From Candidatus Bathyarchaeota archaeon (lineage in GTDB: Archaea; Thermoproteota; Bathyarchaeia; TCS64), in contig JABIBQ010000066.1 of assembly GCA_018652685.1 (NCBI GenBank), positions 701 to 64,700 on the forward strand: a DNA stretch of 64,000 nt. The letters run 5' to 3'. Each line of letters opens with the position of its first letter. The first letter of the stretch is position 1. Below, piece by piece: positions 35,165-44,367 of the stretch. The position numbers and the translations under genes were made by a program. The notes beneath the pieces are model-generated. The model searched no databases, was not told where the DNA came from, and worked only from the letters and a program-made list of their open reading frames with translations.

Positions 35165-36171
35165 AGAACCTGTATTATTTCCGTGACAAATATGTGAGGA
35201 GTCAGCCGAGCGCGTTCTGCCCAGGGTGTGGTGGGGGAATAATCCTCAATTGTTTCCTCAGAGCCATCGATGATCTTGGGCTTGACCAAGACAAGATCTT
35301 GGCGGTCTCGGGCATCGGCTGCACGGCTTGGATTCCGAGCCCGAACTTTAACGGGGACACGTTACACACAACTCATGGCAGGGCTATCGCTTTCGCCACT
35401 GGGGCCAAGGCGTACAACCCTGATATGACGACCGTGGTGTTCACGGGTGACGGAGATGGGGCTGGTATCGGTGGTAACCACCTGATTCACGCGGCAAGGA
35501 GGAATATCGATCTCACCGTCATATTGGTGAATAACATGAGCTACGCCATGACGGGCGGACAGATAGCGCCGACGACCATGCACGGCGAGACAACGGTTAC
35601 CAGCCCGTACGGTAACCCCGAGTTCCCGTTTGATATCACCAAGCTTGTGAAGGCGGCGGGGGCTAGCTACGTTGCCAGGTGGAGTAATTACCACGTAATC
35701 GAGTTGACCAACTCCATTAAGGAGGCGATACAACACAAGGGATTCAGTTTCATCGAGGTGATGAGCCAGTGCCCGACCCAGCAGAGGAGGATATTCAACC
35801 TACGAGGTCCACTTGAAAGTCTGCCACCCCGTATCCTTGACATGTTCAAGGAGGGGACTTTTGTCCGTGGTAGACCCGAGAAGGGAAACTACGTCTATGC
35901 CGTTCCGAAGGGAGACGTGATGGACACGTTGAATGCGGTTCAGGGTCTGGGTGACCCCGGGATAGTTGACCACATGGGCTTTGGCCAGGTGGTCAAGATT
36001 GACGGCGATGCTGAGGCTCTAAGGGATAAACTGGACAAGATACCTGAGGTTAAGTACGTCGCTGACCACGTGGAAGGAAAGGTCGAGCTTGGGTTGTTTG
36101 AAAAGTATGAGCGGCCTGAATTGACCGAGAGCCTGCGTGAGATTATCCGCAAGGCGAGAGGTGAGCTGTGA
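35161..36171 (+). CDS. korB: 2-oxoacid:ferredoxin oxidoreductase beta subunit (TPP-binding)
   Basis: 336 aa. FCPGCGGG, the GIGC cluster ligands, and the TPP motif GDGDGAGIGGNH...NN. ATGA overlap with the alpha subunit. Confidence 0.9.
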   Translation: MKNLYYFRDKYVRSQPSAFCPGCGGGIILNCFLRAIDDLGLDQDKILAVSGIGCTAWIPSPNFNGDTLHTTHGRAIAFATGAKAYNPDMTTVVFTGDGDGAGIGGNHLIHAARRNIDLTVILVNNMSYAMTGGQIAPTTMHGETTVTSPYGNPEFPFDITKLVKAAGASYVARWSNYHVIELTNSIKEAIQHKGFSFIEVMSQCPTQQRRIFNLRGPLESLPPRILDMFKEGTFVRGRPEKGNYVYAVPKGDVMDTLNAVQGLGDPGIVDHMGFGQVVKIDGDAEALRDKLDKIPEVKYVADHVEGKVELGLFEKYERPELTESLREIIRKARGEL

Positions 36172-36695
36172 TGAAGCAGAACATACTTATCAGCGGCACG
36201 GGCGGCCAGGGTATAGTTGCTGCAGGCGCGTTCCTAGGCCAGGCGCTTTTCGCGCAGGACCTTGAGGTCATGTTCAGCAGGAGCTACGGTGCCTCTGCGA
36301 GGGGCGGGGCGTGTAAGAGCGAGGTGATGGTCTCGGATGAGGTCATCAACGATTTGCAGTTCGAGGACACGGATGTGTTGATGTGCCTGAGCCTGCCTGC
36401 ATTCAAAAAGTACCTGCCCATAGCGAAACCCGGCAGTCTAGTCATTGTGGATTCCCATGTCTACGAGAGGGTGGGTAAAGTCAGGGACGACATTGAGATC
36501 GTCAGGATCCCCGCTCGGGATATTGCCGTTGGACTCGGTAACCAGATCGTGGCTAACATGGTAATGCTTGGTAATCTAGCTAAGCACAACGAGGTGGTGA
36601 GCCTGGACCTCTTGAAGGAGGCCGTGATGACCCACATGAGGGACTCCATGAGGGTTATCAACATAAATGCCCTTGAGTCTGGCTTCAACTTTTAA
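36168..36695 (+). CDS. korG: 2-oxoacid:ferredoxin oxidoreductase gamma subunit
   Basis: 175 aa. ILISGTGGQGIVAAG...SYGASARGG. Confidence 0.9.
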   Translation: MMKQNILISGTGGQGIVAAGAFLGQALFAQDLEVMFSRSYGASARGGACKSEVMVSDEVINDLQFEDTDVLMCLSLPAFKKYLPIAKPGSLVIVDSHVYERVGKVRDDIEIVRIPARDIAVGLGNQIVANMVMLGNLAKHNEVVSLDLLKEAVMTHMRDSMRVININALESGFNF

Positions 36696-36737
36696 CTTTA
36701 CTACCTTTTTTAATCTGGGAGGAAGTATTCCTCCGTT

Positions 36738-37172
36738 ATGAGCAGGCTCTACCCAGAACGCCCCATTCCTGGAGTGGCGGCAGTCATTGTTCGTGGGCGG
36801 ATGGTTCTTCTGGCTGAGAGGGGAAAGCCCCCGAGCCTGGGCAAGTGGGGCATCCCGGGTGGGGCGGTAGAGGTAGGTGAGACTCGCGAGGAAGCAGTAG
36901 CTCGTGAGGTTCTTGAGGAGACAAACGTGGTAGTCAAGCCGGTCGAGTTGCTTGAAATATTCAACTCAATCAGCAGCGACGACGAGGGCATAGTTAGACA
37001 TCATTACATTCTGTTCGAATACCTTTGTGAGTACGTCTCGGGTGAGGTTATCCCAGGCACTGATGCCCCTGACGCCCGCTGGGTACCCATCGATGATCTT
37101 GGCTCAGTGAATATCATGCCATACACCCGCAGGTTCATTGAGAAGGTCTTGACGGAACGTGGATTATTTTAA
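36738..37172 (+). CDS. NUDIX hydrolase
   Basis: 144 aa. Nudix box GGAVEVGETREEAVAREVLEETN. Confidence 0.85.
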   Translation: MSRLYPERPIPGVAAVIVRGRMVLLAERGKPPSLGKWGIPGGAVEVGETREEAVAREVLEETNVVVKPVELLEIFNSISSDDEGIVRHHYILFEYLCEYVSGEVIPGTDAPDARWVPIDDLGSVNIMPYTRRFIEKVLTERGLF

Positions 37173-37216
37173 CAAATGGTTAAATACTACTGAGTTGGGT
37201 TACCATTTGGTACAAC

Positions 37217-37447
37217 ATGGTCAATATTGATGTAGAACTAGACTGCAAGGGTATGTACTGCCCTATGCCAATTGTCAAGCTCAAGAAAGCAACGAAGATA
37301 ATGGAGTCGGGACAGCTACTAAAACTGGTAGCCACTGACCCAGGGAGCGTTAGGGACGTTCCCGCGTGGGCAAAAAAGACAGGCGCAGAGATCATCGAGA
37401 CAACCGAGTCTGACGGTGAGTACGAGTTTATAATCAAGGTGAGTTAA
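37217..37447 (+). CDS. tusA: TusA/SirA-family sulfur carrier
   Basis: 76 aa. LDCKGMYCPMPIVKLKKA (CPxP active-site Cys). Confidence 0.85.
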   Translation: MVNIDVELDCKGMYCPMPIVKLKKATKIMESGQLLKLVATDPGSVRDVPAWAKKTGAEIIETTESDGEYEFIIKVS

Positions 37448-37449
37448 AA

Positions 37450-37869
37450 ATGACTGAAAAAATGAAACACGCATACGTCGTCCACAGCGGGACACTAGAT
37501 AAACTATACCCAGTATTCATGCTGGCAAGCACAGGAGGAGCCATGGACGCGGAGGTACATCTGTTCTTCACGTTCTGGGGTCTTGATGCGGTCAAGAAAG
37601 GCGGACTGGACAAGGCAAAGCTCCCAGGAATCATGAGCGTGGGCACTGGCATGATGAAGGGAAAGATAAAGAAAGTAGGCGTTCCGAGCCTACCAGAGCT
37701 TCTAAAGATGTGCAGGGACACGGAGAATGTAAAGATCTACGCATGCAGCACAACCATGGCGATGATGGATGTCAAGGAAGAAGATCTCATCGACGAGGTT
37801 GACGAGATCGTGGGAGCGGCCACGTTCCTAGACCTCGCTATGGACGCACAGGTCCAGATGTTCATCTAG
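37450..37869 (+). CDS. DsrE/DsrF-like family protein (DsrE2/DsrE3-type)
   Basis: 139 aa. YVVHSGTLDKLYPVFMLASTGGAM...IYACSTTMAMMDV with a conserved Cys. Confidence 0.7.
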   Translation: MTEKMKHAYVVHSGTLDKLYPVFMLASTGGAMDAEVHLFFTFWGLDAVKKGGLDKAKLPGIMSVGTGMMKGKIKKVGVPSLPELLKMCRDTENVKIYACSTTMAMMDVKEEDLIDEVDEIVGAATFLDLAMDAQVQMFI

Positions 37870-37877
37870 GTGAACAC

Positions 37878-38243
37878 ATGGGACGTATGATGATGCTCCT
37901 CTGTGAGTCTCCCTTCCAGAATGAGAGCGTGGACCACGTTCTCGGTCTGAGCAAGGCGGCCATTGCGAAGGGGCACGACGTCGATATCTACCTCATGATG
38001 GACGGGGTCTACGGGCCTGTCACGTCACAGAGCGGGGACCCATTCCACATGGACAGCGTCAGCGACAGCCTCAAGGAGCTTGTCGAGCTTGGTGTCACTA
38101 TTAGCGGGTGCAGGGTCTGCATGGAGCTGAGGGGCATCAACGAGGGGATGATTCCGGAGGGTGTCGATATCGGAGGAATCTTTGACCTTGGCGAAATGGT
38201 CGCCGAGGCGGATGTGGTATTGAGCATGACGGGGGCGAGATGA
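37878..38243 (+). CDS. dsrE: DsrE/TusD-like sulfurtransferase subunit
   Basis: 121 aa. YLMMDGVYG and ISGCRVCMELRG (the Cys aligns with TusD Cys78 in ICVAAALRRG). Confidence 0.75.
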   Translation: MGRMMMLLCESPFQNESVDHVLGLSKAAIAKGHDVDIYLMMDGVYGPVTSQSGDPFHMDSVSDSLKELVELGVTISGCRVCMELRGINEGMIPEGVDIGGIFDLGEMVAEADVVLSMTGAR

Positions 38244-38579
38244 TTGGAGAAAGACATATTGATCGTGATCAAGTCAGCCCCTTTCAGGAATCTCAACTAT
38301 TATGAGGGGCTGAGGACGGCCGCAGGGCTCTGGGATCATACGGTCAAGATTCTCTGGACTGGGAAAGGTGTGTTTGGCTCACTGAACATGGTGGACAACA
38401 CTCTTACAAAGAAGTTTCTAGCAGATCTGCCTGACATTGATATCGAGATGTACGTGGACGAGGTTGCCCTAAAGGAGAACGGATTCAGCGAGGATGACCT
38501 TGTGGATGAGGTCGAGATCGCCGACAAGGAGAAAATCAGTGACCTAATCGAGGGGGCCGAGGCCAGCCTCGTGTTCTAG
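38244..38579 (+). CDS. dsrF: DsrF/TusC-like subunit
   Basis: 111 aa, TTG start immediately after the dsrE stop. ILIVIKSAPFRNLNYYEGLRTAAGL pattern of TusC/DsrF. Confidence 0.65.
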   Translation: MEKDILIVIKSAPFRNLNYYEGLRTAAGLWDHTVKILWTGKGVFGSLNMVDNTLTKKFLADLPDIDIEMYVDEVALKENGFSEDDLVDEVEIADKEKISDLIEGAEASLVF

Positions 38580-38587
38580 GTGATAAT

Positions 38588-38860
38588 ATGAAGCTAATAA
38601 TTCTAAACACCAATGATCGAGACATTCTTGAGAAAGCGATGTCAGCGGAATCCGACCTGTTTCTCATGCACGAAGCCACACTCTTCTGTAACAGCGGAAG
38701 AAAGGACGTGCCTGAGTTCGGGGATAGGAAAGTGTACGCCCTCAAGGTTGACCTTGAGAAGCGTGGACTTGCCGAGAGGATGGTTGACGGTGTCGAGCTT
38801 ATCGACTATGATGGCATGGTAGATCTGTTATTCAGCGAATACGAAGTAGTGAACCTATAA
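38588..38860 (+). CDS. dsrH: DsrH/TusB-like subunit
   Basis: 90 aa. KVYALKVDLEKRGL...ELIDYDGMVDLL aligns with E. coli TusB KVYALNEDLIARGL...ILIDYTDFVRL (from memory). Confidence 0.7.
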   Translation: MKLIILNTNDRDILEKAMSAESDLFLMHEATLFCNSGRKDVPEFGDRKVYALKVDLEKRGLAERMVDGVELIDYDGMVDLLFSEYEVVNL

Positions 38861-39312
38861 TGACGCACAGAAACGACCATGACGCGGAGATACTGAGGCT
38901 GCTTACTAAGGACAGCAGGCAGAGTTTCCGCGAGCTTGCCAAGCAACTGAATATCAGTCATGTCAGCGTGTCCTCTAGGGTCAAGGCATTGGAGGAATCA
39001 GGGGTGATAATGGGTTATACGAGTATAACCGATCCCGATAAACTGGGTTATTATCCTCTCTGCCTCAGGATCGCCGCCTCACAGGGTTGTGACTTGAGTG
39101 AGATAGGAGACGAGGTTGCGGATCACCCTGAGATCAACGTAGTGATGCGTGTCTCAGGGGACTGCGAGCTCCTTGCATTAGCGATGTGTGAGACACGGGA
39201 GTCCGCGCTGGTCCTGCTTGACAAGATCAACAAGATCGAGGGAATCGCAAGGGCTGAGAGCCATATCGTACTTGAGGCCATCAAAATGGGTGGCATAAAG
39301 CTCAAACCCTAA
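38860..39312 (+). CDS. Lrp/AsnC-family transcriptional regulator
   Basis: 150 aa. HTH (SFRELAKQLNISHVSVSSRVKALEESGVI) plus a RAM domain. Its start overlaps the dsrH stop. Confidence 0.9.
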   Translation: MTHRNDHDAEILRLLTKDSRQSFRELAKQLNISHVSVSSRVKALEESGVIMGYTSITDPDKLGYYPLCLRIAASQGCDLSEIGDEVADHPEINVVMRVSGDCELLALAMCETRESALVLLDKINKIEGIARAESHIVLEAIKMGGIKLKP

Positions 39313-39318
39313 TTTTTC

Positions 39319-39329
39319 GTTTATTTTAT
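39319..39329 (+). promoter_or_regulatory. TATA box for a near-leaderless hyuA mRNA
   Basis: GTTTATTTTAT is centred about 33 nt upstream of ATG 39357. Confidence 0.45.
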
Positions 39330-39356
39330 CCATCCACAGGGCTCATAGTTGTTACT

Positions 39357-41429
39357 ATGTATCGTGTTAGCGTCGATGTGGGCGGAACTTTTACTGATCT
39401 GGTTGCCCTCGATGAGGTTTCTGGTGAGATAATCAACATCAAGACTCCGTCTGTTCCAAAGAATCCTGAGCAGGGGGTAGTGAACGCGGTCAATATGTTC
39501 CTCGGTGAGCATCCACCTGGATCAATCAAGATGATCGGGCACGCCACCACTATCGCCACTAACGCACTGTTTGGGCAGGTTGACCTTGAGCTCCCGAGGA
39601 CCGGCCTATTGACCACATCTGGTTTCCAGGACGTCATCGAGATTGGCCGTCAGAGGAGGGCCGAGGTCTACAACCTGTTCTTCGAGAGGCCTCCGATGTT
39701 GGTAAAGAGAAGACACAGGTACATCATCAAAGAGAGGATTTCACCTAAAGGAGTAATTGAAGGTAATATTAACCATAAGGAGCTGGAATCCATTATCCAG
39801 AAGATCAGAGAGGACAGGATAGAGTCCCTCGCGGTCGGTTTCATCAATAGTTATGCCAACACGACGCATGAGACTTTTGTAAAGGAAGCCCTGCTGAAAG
39901 CCATTCCAGGGCTTCAAGTTACTGCGAGCCACGAAATAAGCAACGAATACAGGGAATACGAGAGGTTCAGCACCGCTGTTGTCAACGCCGCATTGATGCC
40001 CGTCATCCACACGTACATCACCCAGCTGGAGGAAGACCTGAATGGTCTCGGTTTGGACACACAGCTCTATGTGATGCAGAGCAACGGCGGGCTTGCCCGC
40101 AGCAACGTGGTGAGCATGAAGCCAGCCACCATAGTCGAGTCTGGACCAGCTGCAGGAGTCATCGCGGCGGCGTGGCTTGGGGAGATGACTGGGGTCAGGG
40201 ATATCATAAGCTTCGACATGGGAGGTACAACCGCCAAGGTTGGCACGGTTAGGGGCAGGATACCTGAGGTTGTTCCAGAGTACGAGGTTGCCGGTACTAT
40301 CCACATGGGCAGGCTGGTCAAGGGAAGCGGCTACCCCGTCAGGTTCCCGTTCATCGACCTCGCGGAGTGTAGCGCGGGGGGCGGAACCATTGCAAGGGAG
40401 CATAACGGCTCGCTTCAGGTGGGGCCAATCAGCGCCGGGGCCCTCCCTGGACCTGCCTGCTATGGCAGAGGAGGCTCCGAGGCCACCATCACTGACGCGA
40501 ATCTTGTTTTGGGGAGGCTGAATCCAGGTGAGTTGCTTGGAGGGGAGATGAAAGTTCACCCAGGGAACGCCGAGAAGGTTTACAGAGAGCTTGGTTCAAG
40601 GCTTGGAGTTGACGAGTACGAGGCGGCTGTGAGCGTTATTAGGATCGCCAACAGCATGATGGGTAAGATTCTCAGGATCGTATCAGTGGAACGGGGTTAT
40701 GACCCAAGGGATTTCTCGCTTGTCGCCTTCGGCGGCGCGGGGCCGATGCATGTCTGCGCCCTCGCAGAGGAGCTTGAGATCAACAGGGTCATGCTTCCGA
40801 GAAACCCTGGTATGTTTAGCGCCCTTGGGTTGCTGACGGCAGACCTTTTCCATGATTACAGCAACCCGGTTCTATCAGAAACTGATGATGTTGACTCCGA
40901 TTCGGTCGAAGAGCTTTTCCTAATGATGGAAGAACGGGGAAGGGGAACGCTTGAGCTTGAGAGTGTTCCAGAGTCAAGGCACAGGTTCCTGAGGACCCTT
41001 GACATGAGGTACAGGGGACAGGGATTCGAGCTCAACGTTGAAACAAGTGGGCGGTTCACGGTGGAGAGCATCAAGGATGTGTTGACCGGGTTCCACGGGA
41101 AGCACATGGAGGTATACGGATACATGGACGAGGGCGAGTCCGTGGAGATAGTGAACGCGAAGCTCAGGGCGATAGGTCTACTTGAGACCCCCGGCCTGGT
41201 TGATAGGGGATTAATGGGGAGGTCTAACCCGAGGGAGACGAGAAGAGTCTACTTCGAGTCACTAGGTGACTGGGCGGATACCGGGGTTTATGATCGAAGA
41301 GGCTTGGGGAAGGAGGTTGAGGGACCAGCCATCGTTGAGCAGTACGATTCAACGACGGTTGTCTACCCCGGATGGACTCTACGGCAGGATTGTAATGGTA
41401 TCATGTCCCTGAGGAGGATCAGGAAATGA
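39357..41429 (+). CDS. hyuA: Hydantoinase/oxoprolinase family A subunit (ATP-dependent)
   Basis: 690 aa. N-terminal VSVDVGGTFTDLV and the FDMGGTTAKV actin-like ATPase motifs. Confidence 0.9.
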   Translation: MYRVSVDVGGTFTDLVALDEVSGEIINIKTPSVPKNPEQGVVNAVNMFLGEHPPGSIKMIGHATTIATNALFGQVDLELPRTGLLTTSGFQDVIEIGRQRRAEVYNLFFERPPMLVKRRHRYIIKERISPKGVIEGNINHKELESIIQKIREDRIESLAVGFINSYANTTHETFVKEALLKAIPGLQVTASHEISNEYREYERFSTAVVNAALMPVIHTYITQLEEDLNGLGLDTQLYVMQSNGGLARSNVVSMKPATIVESGPAAGVIAAAWLGEMTGVRDIISFDMGGTTAKVGTVRGRIPEVVPEYEVAGTIHMGRLVKGSGYPVRFPFIDLAECSAGGGTIAREHNGSLQVGPISAGALPGPACYGRGGSEATITDANLVLGRLNPGELLGGEMKVHPGNAEKVYRELGSRLGVDEYEAAVSVIRIANSMMGKILRIVSVERGYDPRDFSLVAFGGAGPMHVCALAEELEINRVMLPRNPGMFSALGLLTADLFHDYSNPVLSETDDVDSDSVEELFLMMEERGRGTLELESVPESRHRFLRTLDMRYRGQGFELNVETSGRFTVESIKDVLTGFHGKHMEVYGYMDEGESVEIVNAKLRAIGLLETPGLVDRGLMGRSNPRETRRVYFESLGDWADTGVYDRRGLGKEVEGPAIVEQYDSTTVVYPGWTLRQDCNGIMSLRRIRK

Positions 41430-43084
41430 TTGATTACACAACCGTTGAGGTCATCAAGGGTGCCCTCATCTACGCGGCAGAGGAGATGGGCATCTCACTC
41501 AAGAAGTCGGCGTACAGCCCCAACATCAAGGAACGTATGGACCACAGCTGCGCGCTCTTCAGCCACAACAGGGAGCTCATTGCTCAGGCGGAGCACATCC
41601 CGGTACATCTTGGCTCATTGGCGTTGGCGATAAAGCTGGGCCTGGAGGAGTACGAGGGGGAGTTAAACCAAGGGGACATGCTACTTCTCAACGACCCCTA
41701 CATCAGCGGCACCCATCTGCCTGACCTGACGCTCATTGCGCCAGTCTTCCACGATGGGAAGATAATTGGGTACGCGGCCAACAAGGCGCACCACACCGAT
41801 ATCGGGGGGAAGACGCCGGGAAGTCTCGCGCCGGACTCCACCGAGCTGTATCAGGAGGGTTTGGTCATTCCCCCAGTCAAGTTTGTCAGGGGAGGGGTGG
41901 TAGACAAGGAGCTTTCAAAGCTTATCCGGAGCAATGTTAGGACACCGGACGTCCAGATGGGCGATCTCAGGGCCCAGATAGCTGCCAATTACACTGGGAT
42001 TAGGAGGGTGCTTGAGCTTGTGGACCAGTACGGTGTTGAGACACTTCACTCTGCGATGTCCCAGATTATGGACTATAGTGAGCGGCGCATGAGGCAGGAG
42101 ATTTCAGCCATGCCTGATGGCGTCTACGAGGGGTTTGATTATCTGGAAGATATCCCGCGAATGGGGATGGATGTCGAGATAAAGGTCAGTGTGACCAAAA
42201 AAGGGGACTCATTGACGTTCGATTACGTTGGCACCTCTCCGCAGGTGGAGAGCCCAGTCAACGCCCCCCTCGGCGTGACCGTCGCGGGCATCTACTATAC
42301 ACTCATCAGCACAACGGACCCCACAATTCCTGTCAATGACGGCTGCTTCAGGCCCATCACCCTCAATGTCCCGTTGGGATGCATGATGAACCCCAACAGA
42401 CCGGCACCTGTTGCTGGTGGAAACGTTGAGACCAGTCAGAGAAACGTGGACGTCATCATGAGAGCGCTCAGTAAAATGATACCTGACAAGGTGCCAGCTG
42501 CCAGCCAGGGGACCATGAACAACATCACCATAGGAGGGATACTTGACAACGGTGAGCCTTGGACCTTCTACGAGACAATAGGCGGCGGAAACGGCGGTCG
42601 GCCCGTGAGTGACGGCGTTGACGGGATCCACATCAACATGACCAACACCATGAACACGCCCATCGAGACCTTGGAGGCTTACCTGCCGTTCAGGTTCAAG
42701 GCGTACAGGCTCAGGCCCGACAGCGGTGGTCCGGGGGAGTTCAGGGGAGGGTGCGGCATCGAGCGGGTCTGGACTCTCACAAGCGAAAAGGCCACGTTGA
42801 GCATCATGGCGGAACGGAACAAGATCAAGCCCTGGGGGCTAAAAGGGGGCCACGGAGGCACGCTGGGTGAGTTCATCCTCGTCAAGAAGGACGGAACGGA
42901 GACAAAGCTGCCGTCGAAGGTCACGGTCGAGCTCTACAGGGATGACACTCTCATCATCAGGACTCCTGGAGGGGGAGGTTACGGTGACCCGAGGGATAGG
43001 GCTCCTGAGAAGGTGAGGGAGGACGTGATGAACGGGCTTGTAAGTTTGGAGTCAGCCAGAGATATCTATGGTCTGAAAGACTAG
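41426..43084 (+). CDS. hyuB: Hydantoinase/oxoprolinase family B subunit
   Basis: 552 aa. SPNIKERMDHSCALF, NDPYISGTHLPD and GGGGYGDP blocks. ATGA overlap with hyuA. Confidence 0.9.
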   Translation: MIDYTTVEVIKGALIYAAEEMGISLKKSAYSPNIKERMDHSCALFSHNRELIAQAEHIPVHLGSLALAIKLGLEEYEGELNQGDMLLLNDPYISGTHLPDLTLIAPVFHDGKIIGYAANKAHHTDIGGKTPGSLAPDSTELYQEGLVIPPVKFVRGGVVDKELSKLIRSNVRTPDVQMGDLRAQIAANYTGIRRVLELVDQYGVETLHSAMSQIMDYSERRMRQEISAMPDGVYEGFDYLEDIPRMGMDVEIKVSVTKKGDSLTFDYVGTSPQVESPVNAPLGVTVAGIYYTLISTTDPTIPVNDGCFRPITLNVPLGCMMNPNRPAPVAGGNVETSQRNVDVIMRALSKMIPDKVPAASQGTMNNITIGGILDNGEPWTFYETIGGGNGGRPVSDGVDGIHINMTNTMNTPIETLEAYLPFRFKAYRLRPDSGGPGEFRGGCGIERVWTLTSEKATLSIMAERNKIKPWGLKGGHGGTLGEFILVKKDGTETKLPSKVTVELYRDDTLIIRTPGGGGYGDPRDRAPEKVREDVMNGLVSLESARDIYGLKD

Positions 43085-44271
43085 TCGAAGTAGCTTTTCA
43101 TCGCGACCACGATGACGGTACAGACCAGGGTGAAAGCCGCACTGATGTAAAAGACCCAGTCGATGGATGCCACAGTCAGGACTCCGCTCATGACGAACAT
43201 CCCCACTGAGCCGCCCAGGCTCAGGATCATACCCCAGACGCCGGTGGCCGAGCCCCTGTCCTCGACCGGTAGTGCCTCCATTGTGGCTGCCTGGGTAACC
43301 GGGAATACCAGTACGGCGCAGACGCCGAGCACGGCGTTGAGCACGGGGAGCATCCACAACGATGACGCGACGGGGACGAGTGCAAAAGCTACTACGCTTA
43401 CCCCCAGCCCGACCACGATTGGTAGGAATCTTCCAACCTTGTCAGAGAGTTTCCCGACTATGGGCAGGCTGACGGCTATCATGAGGCTGTTTGCCGTTAA
43501 TGTGATCCCGATTATGAACTCGTCATAGCCCCTTCCGGCTCCAAGCATGGGAATGAACGTGAACAGCCCGAAGTGGCAGAAGGCGTGGGCGAAGACCGCG
43601 AAACTTGAGGCGAGGACTTTCCTGTTGGATAGTAGTCGTCTCATGGTAGTGGGGAACTCTTTGATTATCTGCCTGGCCTGTTCCGTGGGATTCATGGGGC
43701 ACGAGTCCCGCCTGTCGTCCTCTGTGTACCTCCACGCGACGAAGAAACCGATGCAGGTAATCACCCCGGAGATCACGAACAATGGCCTGTACCCTGAGAA
43801 CTGACTCGCGATGAATCCGCCCACGATTGGTCCGATGACGCTGCTCACCGCCCAGCTGAGGTGGAACTTGCCCATGGCCTCCCCTGCCTTCTCAGGCGGG
43901 AAAACCTCGCTTGCCAATGCCTCGCTCGGTGGGAAGTAGATGCTGAGTGCCAATCCGCTGGCCATCATCGCGGCGACCGGTATCCAAGGATCCGTCGCAA
44001 CGCTGTACATGAAGGGTACCAGAGCGAACAGGGCCAATCCGAAGAGCATCATATTCTTCTTTCCGAGGCTGTCGCTGATGGTACCCGCTGCGAGCCTGAG
44101 GAATGTCTGGATGATGTTTCTGATATTGTAGATAAGCGTGAGCACAGCGGCACTGACCCCAAGACTGCTTATGAACTGGGGCTGGAAACTCATGGGTATG
44201 GTCTCGCCGAACATGGCGAAGAATGTAGCCATGAATATAGCCCAGAAGATTCGTTGTTGCTTTTTCTCCAA
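43081..44271 (-). CDS. MFS transporter
   Basis: 396 aa, about 12 TM helices. GTISDSLGKKNMM (MFS loop 2-3 motif). Confidence 0.85.
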   Translation of the reverse strand: MEKKQQRIFWAIFMATFFAMFGETIPMSFQPQFISSLGVSAAVLTLIYNIRNIIQTFLRLAAGTISDSLGKKNMMLFGLALFALVPFMYSVATDPWIPVAAMMASGLALSIYFPPSEALASEVFPPEKAGEAMGKFHLSWAVSSVIGPIVGGFIASQFSGYRPLFVISGVITCIGFFVAWRYTEDDRRDSCPMNPTEQARQIIKEFPTTMRRLLSNRKVLASSFAVFAHAFCHFGLFTFIPMLGAGRGYDEFIIGITLTANSLMIAVSLPIVGKLSDKVGRFLPIVVGLGVSVVAFALVPVASSLWMLPVLNAVLGVCAVLVFPVTQAATMEALPVEDRGSATGVWGMILSLGGSVGMFVMSGVLTVASIDWVFYISAAFTLVCTVIVVAMKSYFD

Positions 44272-44367
44272 AGATGCTCACGTGATAGGCATGGGAATAC
44301 TTGTGCTCAATTTAAACCATCCCCAACCCGAACGATTATATTCAGCCTTCCGTGGTTTCTCCATGAT

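Noticed and set aside
43861-44367. Upstream 169 codons of the 250-aa + ORF 43861-44613
   Set aside because: It is antisense to the well-supported MFS transporter and has an odd composition. Only the last 81 codons, from MCLAVPG, form a real gene (hypC).
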